Source: Acaryochloris marina MBIC11017
GTDB lineage: Bacteria; Cyanobacteriota; Cyanobacteriia; Thermosynechococcales; Thermosynechococcaceae
Assembly (NCBI RefSeq): GCF_000018105.1
Contig: NC_009932.1
Location: forward strand, 1-32,000
Direction: 5' to 3'
Length of the DNA: 32,000 nucleotides
Positions 14,584 through 21,591 of the stretch are shown here, in pieces. Position numbers and translations under genes: made by a program. Every line of letters starts with the position of its first letter. The first letter of the stretch is position 1. The notes beneath the pieces were generated by a model. The model saw only the letters and a list, made by a program, of their open reading frames with translations, did no database searches and had not been told where the DNA came from.

Positions 14584-17500
14584 TCAAGAGATGACCTCCC
14601 CATCGCCTGTGAAGTTGGGGCCTTCTAGCCGCAGAAAGTAAAGCTGTCCCCCATAATCTCCAGCAACAACTGTGCAACCATCTAGGGCAATCTCACAACA
14701 TCGAAATGCACCTTCTCCGGTGAAGCTCATCACTTCCATGCCTGTCTCCAGGTCCCACACCTTGAGGGTACTGTCCCCAGACGCGGAGACCACGGTTTGG
14801 CCATCGGGGCTGATGCTCACGCCAGTGACAAGTGAAGTATGTCCTATGAGGGTGCGCTGCTCCTGGCCCGTCGCCAGGTCCCACACCTTCAGGGTATTGT
14901 CCCAAGACCCTGAGACCACGGTTTGGCCATCGGGGCTGATGCTCACACCAGTGACAAGCGAAGTATGTCCTGTGAGGGTACGCTGCTCCTCGCCCGTCTC
15001 CAGGCCCCACACCTTCAGGGTATTGTCCCCAGAAGCGGAGACCACGGTTTCACCATCGGGGCTGATGCTCACACCAGTGACAAGTGAAGTATGTCCTGTG
15101 AGGGTGCGCTGCTCTTGGCGCGTCGCCAGGTCCCATACCTTCAGGGTATTGTCCCCAGAAGCGGAGACCACGGTTTGGCTATCGGGGCTGATGCTCTCGC
15201 CAGTGACAGAGCCAGTATGTCCTATAAGAGTGCATAGTTTCTTTCCAGTCTTTAGGTTCCACACCTTGAGGGTATTGTCCCTAGACGCGGAGACCACGGT
15301 TTGGCCATCGGGGCTGATGCTCACGCCAGTGACATATTCTGTATGTCCTATAAGGGTGCATAGTTTCTTTCCAGTCTTTAGGTTCCACACCTTGAGGGTA
15401 TTGTCCCTAGACGCGGAGACCACGGTTTGGCCATCGGGGCTGATGCTCACACCAGTGACAGATGAAGTATGTCCCTTGAGGGTGTGATGCTCATTTCCAG
15501 TCTTTAGGGACCACACCTTGAGGGTATTATCACTAGACGAGGAGACGATGGTTTGGCCATTGGGGCAAATGCTGACGTCCCTTACAAAGTCAGTATGTCC
15601 TGTGAGGGTGCCATGCTCATTTCCAGTCTTTAGGGACCACACCCTGATGGTATTGTCCAAAGACGCAGAGACAACAGTTTGACCATCGAGGCTGATGCTC
15701 ATGCTATAGACAAAATCAGTATGTCCTGTGAGGGTGCGCTGCTCATTTCCCGTCTCCAAGACCCACACCTTCAGGGTCTTGTCCCTAGACGCGGAGACGA
15801 TGGTTTGGCTATCGGGGCTGATGCTCACATCAAAGACAGATGAAGTATGTCCCTTGAGGGTGCGCTGCTCATTTCCTGTCTCCAAGTCCCACACCTTAAG
15901 GGTCTTGTCCAAAGACGCAGAGACAACAGTTTGGCCATCAGGGCTGATACTGACGCCAGTGACAGATGAAGTATGTCCTATGAGAGTGCGCTGTTCCTCG
16001 CCCGTCTCCAGCTCCCACACCTTCAGGGTATTATCACTAGACGCGGAGACGACGGTTTGGCCATCGGGGCTGATACTGACACCAGTGACAGATGAAGTAT
16101 GCCCTGTGAGAGTGCGTAGCTCCCTTCCCGTCTCCAAGTCCCACACCTTCAGGGTCTTGTCCCTAGACGCAGAGACGACGGTTTGGCCACACGGGCTAAT
16201 GCTCACACGCCTGACAAAGTTAGTATGTCCTGTGAGGGTACGTAGCTCCTCGCCCGTCGCCAAGTCCCACACCTTGAGGGTATGGTCCCTAGACGCAGAG
16301 ACGACGGTTTGGCCATCGGGGCTGATGCTCACGCCAGTGACAGAGTCAGTATGTCCTGTGAGGGTGCGCACTAATGCTCCCCCCGCTTGGTTGAGGTGGG
16401 GGAATAGACACCGTATCCAGCACTCTCCCTGTCCCTGAGCCAAAGATTGAGTCAAAGCGGTCATATCCGGTGAATTTTGACTCAACAAACGCCCATAGAG
16501 CTGACTGCGAAGCTGCTCAGGATGCTGATTTAAGACATGGCTGGATAACCGCAATCCACTTTGGACTATGTTTAGGTCTTTGTCCCTGGGTAACGTCTCA
16601 TAGTCCAATAGCAGCGCATTGATATCGGTGACTCCCAATTTGCGTTGCATCCAACGATAGTCCCAGAGTAATTGGCGTAACTCATCGGTGCGTTCTGCCT
16701 GCTTGAGGTGATGGGCCAAATGCTCATAGAAATACCCATCCTTTGGTCCACGATGCCACCCCTCAGTGCAGCTCTGCTGATAAGCCTCCAGAAGTTCCTG
16801 ATGCAATGCTTTTTCGTCGGCCTGCTGGGCCTGTAAATAATCCTGCTGTAAGTCATGGAGGCTGACTTGCCGCTGAGGATAGTCCCCCTCTAGCCGCAGC
16901 ATACCTTTACTCGATAAGGTCGTTAGGATTTTGCCCGCATCTCGCTCCTTTAATGCTCCGGTATATTGCCATAGGCGAACAATGACTGCTTCAGGAATCA
17001 ATTCATCGGCTGGAAACACTGCCAGTTCTTGATACCGTTCGGCAGCGATGGGGTTGGTTTCTGCTAAGACTGTTGCACTGACATGCAGGGCTTTGAAGAC
17101 ATCGGGGTAGGAATAATGACTAAACTGTTTTTGGATAAATTCAAGATCTGAATCTTGTAAGGCACTGAGGACATGGGGCCATGGGGTTAAATCCCGCACC
17201 ATGGCACCGCATTGGGCCAGGGCTAAGGGCAAGTTTCCACATTCTCTTGCTACCGCCTGGGCTTGGGAAGGCAGTTCTGATATAGAGACGCCCACCCAAG
17301 CAGCTAATAACTCCAGCGCCTGATCGTCATTGAGTACTGACAGGGAAAAGTCAGTGGCTCCTAATCCCGTGATTAATTCTGAGTCACGGGTTGTTACCAC
17401 CAAGGTACTTTGATGTCCTAGGACATTGAAGACTTCAGCATCATCGATGCGCCAGACATCATCTAGGATCAATAGACTTTGGCGTCCCTGCCATAGGGTT

Positions 17501-18465
17501 TGAAGTCGGGTTTTCCCTTCATTGATATCTTCAAATACCTGGCGTTCACCACAAAGGGCTTCTGCTAGATCGGTTTGCTGGGCCAGCAGGTTGGGTTCTA
17601 TCCCCACGGTTAGCCAATAAATCCCATCAGGGAAGGCTGCTTGAACTTGAGGGTCATAGGCTAGGGCTGCGGCCAACACCGATTTGCCAATACCGCCCAT
17701 GCCCTGGACACCAATGCGTTGCTGATGCCCCGTCATCACTACGGGCTGAGCTAGATTGTTGAGGACTTTCTCTCTCAGGGCTTTTAGGGTCTGAGGACGA
17801 GGTAAAAAGTGGGGGGGTAACTCTGGCACTCTCCACAGCTTTTCAGGGGGCGGTTGTTCTGATAAGGGTTGGAGGGGTTCGGTTTGAATACTGGATTTTT
17901 GGACTAAGACTGGGGTGTGGGATTCGGGGAAGCCCTCGATTTGAATGGCACTGCGTCCTAGTTCAAAGGCAAATTCAATATCTCGGCCTGCACCCAAGGC
18001 ATCGTAGAAACCCACGGCAAAGGCCTGGGCTGCTTCGTTGCTGATTTCCTGCTGCATACCCACCACATAGTCAATATGTTGGGCGATGGCTTGGGCTTGC
18101 TCCTGGGTATAACATCCATTCAGAATGACGCAGTGGATATCCTCAGCAAACAGAGTAAACAAACCTGCGAGAGCTGCACCTGTGACGAGTTTGGGATTGC
18201 CTAATTCATCTTCAAAGAAGAGTCCTGCTTCACCTTCTCCCCGACCAGCGAAGTGAATTATCTGAGGAGTTTCATCCAATAATGCCCGTTGAATATCTTT
18301 AGTGCGTACATCCAGGCAGGGGCTTAGAGTGAACTGATCTCGATGCTCAGATCTGCGTAACCCGTTTTTAATGTCGCGTAATTCTCGTCCGACTTGGCGC
18401 AATCCATCGGGGTTGCTGGCAAGGAATAGAATGGTTTGCTGGTCTGGTGGGTGCGGACTCGTCAT
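14584..18465 (-). CDS. STAND/NLR-like protein: CHAT-like N-domain (catalytic His replaced by Arg), NB-ARC NTPase, 14 WD40 blades
   Basis: The N-terminal ~190 aa are paralogous to the TIR protein's N-domain (QTILFLASNP...IIHFAGRGEGE...CVILNGCYT...AVGFYDALGAGRDIEFAFELG). Walker A GVQGMGGIGKSVLAAALA, Walker B LLILDDVW, VVTTRD, and GLPL-type CGNLPLALAQCG. There are 13 canonical 42-aa WD40 repeats (LTGHTSSVTGVSISPDGQTVVSASxDNTLKVWDLETGEEQRT) plus one degenerate closing blade. Confidence 0.9.
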   Translation of the reverse strand: MTSPHPPDQQTILFLASNPDGLRQVGRELRDIKNGLRRSEHRDQFTLSPCLDVRTKDIQRALLDETPQIIHFAGRGEGEAGLFFEDELGNPKLVTGAALAGLFTLFAEDIHCVILNGCYTQEQAQAIAQHIDYVVGMQQEISNEAAQAFAVGFYDALGAGRDIEFAFELGRSAIQIEGFPESHTPVLVQKSSIQTEPLQPLSEQPPPEKLWRVPELPPHFLPRPQTLKALREKVLNNLAQPVVMTGHQQRIGVQGMGGIGKSVLAAALAYDPQVQAAFPDGIYWLTVGIEPNLLAQQTDLAEALCGERQVFEDINEGKTRLQTLWQGRQSLLILDDVWRIDDAEVFNVLGHQSTLVVTTRDSELITGLGATDFSLSVLNDDQALELLAAWVGVSISELPSQAQAVARECGNLPLALAQCGAMVRDLTPWPHVLSALQDSDLEFIQKQFSHYSYPDVFKALHVSATVLAETNPIAAERYQELAVFPADELIPEAVIVRLWQYTGALKERDAGKILTTLSSKGMLRLEGDYPQRQVSLHDLQQDYLQAQQADEKALHQELLEAYQQSCTEGWHRGPKDGYFYEHLAHHLKQAERTDELRQLLWDYRWMQRKLGVTDINALLLDYETLPRDKDLNIVQSGLRLSSHVLNQHPEQLRSQLYGRLLSQNSPDMTALTQSLAQGQGECWIRCLFPHLNQAGGALVRTLTGHTDSVTGVSISPDGQTVVSASRDHTLKVWDLATGEELRTLTGHTNFVRRVSISPCGQTVVSASRDKTLKVWDLETGRELRTLTGHTSSVTGVSISPDGQTVVSASSDNTLKVWELETGEEQRTLIGHTSSVTGVSISPDGQTVVSASLDKTLKVWDLETGNEQRTLKGHTSSVFDVSISPDSQTIVSASRDKTLKVWVLETGNEQRTLTGHTDFVYSMSISLDGQTVVSASLDNTIRVWSLKTGNEHGTLTGHTDFVRDVSICPNGQTIVSSSSDNTLKVWSLKTGNEHHTLKGHTSSVTGVSISPDGQTVVSASRDNTLKVWNLKTGKKLCTLIGHTEYVTGVSISPDGQTVVSASRDNTLKVWNLKTGKKLCTLIGHTGSVTGESISPDSQTVVSASGDNTLKVWDLATRQEQRTLTGHTSLVTGVSISPDGETVVSASGDNTLKVWGLETGEEQRTLTGHTSLVTGVSISPDGQTVVSGSWDNTLKVWDLATGQEQRTLIGHTSLVTGVSISPDGQTVVSASGDSTLKVWDLETGMEVMSFTGEGAFRCCEIALDGCTVVAGDYGGQLYFLRLEGPNFTGDGEVIS
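14725..16362 (-). repeat. 13 tandem 126-bp WD40 coding repeats with very high inter-unit identity
   Basis: The first blade starts at nt 16362 (checked against the DNA: CTC ACA GGA CAT ACT GAC TCT, i.e. LTGHTDS). Period is 126 bp. Units 8 and 9 are almost identical. The long periodic antisense shadow ORFs (14672-15487, 15728-16438) follow from this. Confidence 0.9.
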
Positions 18466-18777
18466 TCAGCGTTAATCTATGGGATATTTTGTTGTCTTTT
18501 TTCAATGGGGTTGAGCGTTTAGAAATGACTGCCTGCAATAGATAGCGAATGATGACGGAGGGCTATTTTGAAATTTAATTTAATCGCATCTAAAATTATC
18601 GTCACTTTTGATATGCTTTACGCAATTATTAAGGATATTTCTGTAATCTAGGACGTTGGTGGGAATGGAAATAATTGCTTTTTTAAGGGCTTTTTAATGG
18701 CTCACAAATTTGATTGAGTCCTGTCAGCCTCCTGATTTTTATGGTCTATCACGGGTATTGATCCAACAGAACGAACC

Positions 18778-19305
18778 ATGCCACTTCCCCCTAACCCAAT
18801 CTGTCTCCAATGCATCGACTATTCCCGAAGGGAAGCAAAGCGAGTTCATGGGCCGCAAGGGGATGGCTGCTGGACGGATAATCGGTGCGATCGCAAACGA
18901 CATCACTACCGTCACCGCAAGGAAAGCAATGCTAAGCGCCGAGGAGAATACGCTAACCAGAAAGCAATAACAACCCCAGCAAAAACCACTGAAACCTTCT
19001 CAATTCCTGTTCAAGCACCTCCCGTGGCTTTGCTCTATCTCTACAAAGAAAAGCCCAAGGATGCCCATCTCCATGCTCTGGCCGTTAGTGTCTGGCAAGG
19101 GAGCGAGAAGTTAGCAGAAATTGAGACTGTCCACTGCATGGGCATGACCAATACTCAGGTGAATCGATACTTGAAAGAGGTATTGCAGGTACTAAGAGAA
19201 AGGTACGGCATCACGGAGTTTGAACCCCCGATTCGCATGGAGCCTTCTGAGTGTGAGATCTCGGATTGTCCACTGAAGGATAAGCTCCATGTTCAAACAG
19301 CTTGA
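18778..19305 (+). CDS. Hypothetical protein with an N-terminal Cys4 (CxxC...C-x5-C) basic region
   Basis: 175-aa ORF: PICLQCIDYSRREAKRVHGPQGDGCWTDNRCDRKRHHYRHRK..., then a globular-looking C-terminal part (LHALAVSVWQGSEKLAEIETVHCMGMTNTQVNRYLKEVLQVLRERYGITEF). Divergent from the WD40-STAND gene. I recognise no family. Confidence 0.4.
   Translation: MPLPPNPICLQCIDYSRREAKRVHGPQGDGCWTDNRCDRKRHHYRHRKESNAKRRGEYANQKAITTPAKTTETFSIPVQAPPVALLYLYKEKPKDAHLHALAVSVWQGSEKLAEIETVHCMGMTNTQVNRYLKEVLQVLRERYGITEFEPPIRMEPSECEISDCPLKDKLHVQTA
18887..18894. repeat. HIP1 octamer GCGATCGC
   Basis: Exact match read in the sequence. Confidence 0.95.
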
Positions 19306-19474
19306 GCTAGATTTTGCTAGTACGTTGGCTTCTGCTTTGGATGAACCGGAGCAGGCTGATATTTCTCTGATGTGTGCATCGTTGGATCAGCATTTGCAGG
19401 GTCGATCTACCCATGAACAGCTTCGATTAGCTGGTAAGAAATTGTCAAGGGTGCAAACTCCAAGAATGGATTAG
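19289..19474 (+). CDS. Hypothetical small protein (61 aa); overlaps the upstream ORF by 17 nt
   Basis: ORF only (MFKQLELDFASTLASALDEPEQADISLM...). The overlap suggests translational coupling if it is real. Confidence 0.25.
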   Translation: MFKQLELDFASTLASALDEPEQADISLMCASLDQHLQGRSTHEQLRLAGKKLSRVQTPRMD

Positions 19475-19880
19475 ACCTCTTGCAATATTCGTTTCATGGT
19501 GTGTTACGAACTCAGTAAATGCCGTGATCTGACTTAGATTTTTTGTCTTCTACTATATCGGTAACTGAATCATGCAAGAGGTCTATTGACTACCTCAAGG
19601 TTCAAAAATCCTTTATCGCCAATTACAATGAGCGTCGTCAGTAACCACAATATATGGAGAGTTCTCATACAGAGGAAGCGTGTGATTTGTTTGTTGCCAA
19701 ACGACAGAAGAACAAAGGGATACATTGTTCAGAAGCCTCTGCTGATGCTCTTGCTGCGATGAAGACTGTTAAGTTAAATCAGACATGGGAGCATCTACTG
19801 GGTTGACCAGTAAATTCTGCCTCTCGTTTCAGCCCCTTAACCTAGACCTTTTGGCCATTAACTGGGCTATTTATACGTTG

Positions 19881-20285
19881 TTATCGGAAAGCCACTACTC
19901 TAGTTTTAGAAAAACTATCATGCCAGCCATAGAGATCATCACCTAAAAAAGAGAACGCTTCGAAAGGTATAAGTCGACATAATGTTCGAACAAAAATACT
20001 ACTAAAACCTGGTTTTTTCCCAGAAATAGTAACAACCTTAGTTTTAGTAATAAACTTGGCTATAGTTTTCCCAAAGAGGCACTCAAGGCTCACATAATAT
20101 GTTGTATAGAGTATTAGACCTAATAGAACGTCATTCATGTTTAGTATTACTTCTTCTAGACCCATGATGCCAAACAGGAGTCCTACTATAAATGCGAATA
20201 AAAAGAAAAATATATAATCAAGAATTAGATTAGTGAGTCTTTTCCCTTTTGGTGCAAGGTCAAGCTTTGAATATACACTTGCCAT
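19881..20285 (-). CDS. RDD-family small membrane protein
   Basis: 134 aa: KRLTNLILDYIFFFLFAFIVGLLFG...LECLFGKTIAKFITKTKVV...FVRTLCRLIPFEAFSFL. This matches the RDD-domain pattern (conserved R/D, a TM pair, G-x-T/S-hG-K, basic C-terminal helix). The gene is AT-rich. Confidence 0.65.
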   Translation of the reverse strand: MASVYSKLDLAPKGKRLTNLILDYIFFFLFAFIVGLLFGIMGLEEVILNMNDVLLGLILYTTYYVSLECLFGKTIAKFITKTKVVTISGKKPGFSSIFVRTLCRLIPFEAFSFLGDDLYGWHDSFSKTRVVAFR

Positions 20286-20730
20286 CGAAAACCTCTTATA
20301 TAACTTATTTAGTCATATTATAAATAAGTTGGTTGCCATTTTTGTTCTTAAGATAAACAACTTAGATCTAATTTTTTGCCAAATATTTAATGACTATTTA
20401 AATCTTTATTCTCAGTATTAATATGGGCAATAATAGCGGATTTTCAATTAAAAAACAATACTATCGCTGTCAAAATCAAAACTTTTCCCGTGTTACCTTT
20501 TTCCTCAAATTACTCCTATCAAATGATATTAGCATTCATAAATTTTGAGTTGAATATAAATTTAATTTCTGTCCAGTCTGAAGTATTGGTACTACAGGAG
20601 TGCGGACAAAAACACTTCTGAGTGAATCAGGTACAGGGATATCTTACTTTCTCAAAGTCTAAATATAACTGCGAATACTGCAGAACTGCTAAGCACTGGC
20701 CAACGATCGCAAGCAGCCTTAGATCTTCTG

Positions 20731-20778
20731 CTTCAATTTCATCATGCTAATATGCTGATTAGCATGATGAAATTGAAG
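20731..20778. repeat. Perfect 21-bp-stem hairpin/palindrome (CTTCAATTTCATCATGCTAAT - ATGCTG - ATTAGCATGATGAAATTGAAG)
   Basis: Read directly: arms 20731-20751 and 20758-20778, no mismatches. It lies in a 942-bp ORF-poor gap (20286-21227) about 450 bp upstream of the trypco2-like gene. Confidence 0.9.
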
Positions 20779-21227
20779 AGAACCTGGAAATCATACATAA
20801 ATGGCGGGGATTCCTCAATTTTAGACAACCAGCCTTGACAGATTCGGTGAAGTGGCTGGGTTTGCCTTTAGTAGCTATGTTGATCGGAGTATTGCTGGGT
20901 GGTTATCGGGTGGAGCAACAAGAATGTTTTTGCGGGGGAGAGGTTGGAGCATGTCAACTTTTTGAGGGAATATTCAGACTGCACACAAGCCTATTGTATT
21001 GGTAGTGGTTGAAACTTGTAAAATTAAAGAATTTAATTTTCTTCCCAAGAGGTGACACGTTCCTGGTGAGGTTTTTATAAAGTAGGAGAAATAATTTTTT
21101 TCGATTCATCATATTGATTGCGTAATAGTTCTAATGATTGTTGATAAATTATTGCTACCCTGTTCTTTGAAATCGTGAGAGACAAACATTAGGTAACTCC
21201 AAAGGCAATAAGATTAAACTTCAATTT

Positions 21228-21578
21228 ATGAATAAAAAAGCGATCGCACAATTTCACCTTGTTAATGGTACAGAAGTACTGTTTGAGGTTCCAAAACCCT
21301 CATCAGATGTGAAGTACAAAGAAGTAGCTAACGGTGACTTCAAACAAAAGGTAATAGAAATAGCTGATGGTGCAGAAGGTACTTTAGAGGCGGCCCTTAG
21401 CAAAGTTGCACCCGTTGCAGATACCGTTTTAAGTCGTTTGAAAGAAGGGTTAACCACCCCGGCGAATGAAGTGGAAGTCAAATTTGGGGTGAATTTAACT
21501 GCCGAGGGTGGTGTAATCTTTTCCACAGTGGGAGGGCAAGTGAGCCTAGAAGTCACCCTGAAGTGGACCCAGAATTAA
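21228..21578 (+). CDS. Small trypsin-co-occurring (trypco2 / CU044_2847-like) protein
   Basis: 116 aa. The C-terminal signature EVEVKFGVNLTAEGGVIFSTVGGQVSLEVTLKW matches, from memory, the 'eveFgvkl...lkVtLkW' motif of trypco2-type proteins. It ends 13 nt upstream of the trypsin-like gene. Confidence 0.7.
   Translation: MNKKAIAQFHLVNGTEVLFEVPKPSSDVKYKEVANGDFKQKVIEIADGAEGTLEAALSKVAPVADTVLSRLKEGLTTPANEVEVKFGVNLTAEGGVIFSTVGGQVSLEVTLKWTQN
21240..21247. repeat. HIP1 octamer GCGATCGC
   Basis: Exact match read in the sequence. Confidence 0.95.
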
Positions 21579-21591
21579 CCCTAAGCCTGCA

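Noticed and set aside
11189-16362. Regular 126-bp tandem repeats considered as a possible CRISPR or other noncoding array
   Set aside because: The units are contiguous with no unique spacers. They are in-frame within long ORFs and translate to canonical TPR and WD40 motifs.
14672-16438. Long antisense ORFs 14672-15487 (271 aa) and 15728-16438 (236 aa), and 14693-15010
   Set aside because: Their repeats have the same 126-bp period as the WD40 units on the opposite strand. A stop-free antisense frame in one unit is simply copied 13 times. There are no independent motifs.
18710-18970. The 86-aa ORF overlapping the start of the 175-aa ORF
   Set aside because: It is shorter, lies out of frame with the longer ORF, and has no features. 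The 175-aa frame was kept, itself with modest confidence.
19472-19585. 13-bp inverted repeat TAGACCTCTTGCA / TGCAAGAGGTCTA separated by 88 nt
   Set aside because: It is real but isolated, with a long unstructured spacer and no associated ORF or terminator features. It may still deserve a look if transcript data exist.
19654-19806. A 50-aa ORF (MESSHTEEACDLFVAKRQKNKGIHCSEASADALAAMKTVKLNQTWEHLLG) below the track cutoff
   Set aside because: There is no recognisable motif, RBS or coupling to neighbours. The evidence is too thin to call a gene.
20302-20330. 10-bp inverted repeat AACTTATTTA / TAAATAAGTT just upstream of the RDD gene
   Set aside because: It is short and made purely of A/T in an extremely AT-rich stretch. 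Such matches are expected by chance.
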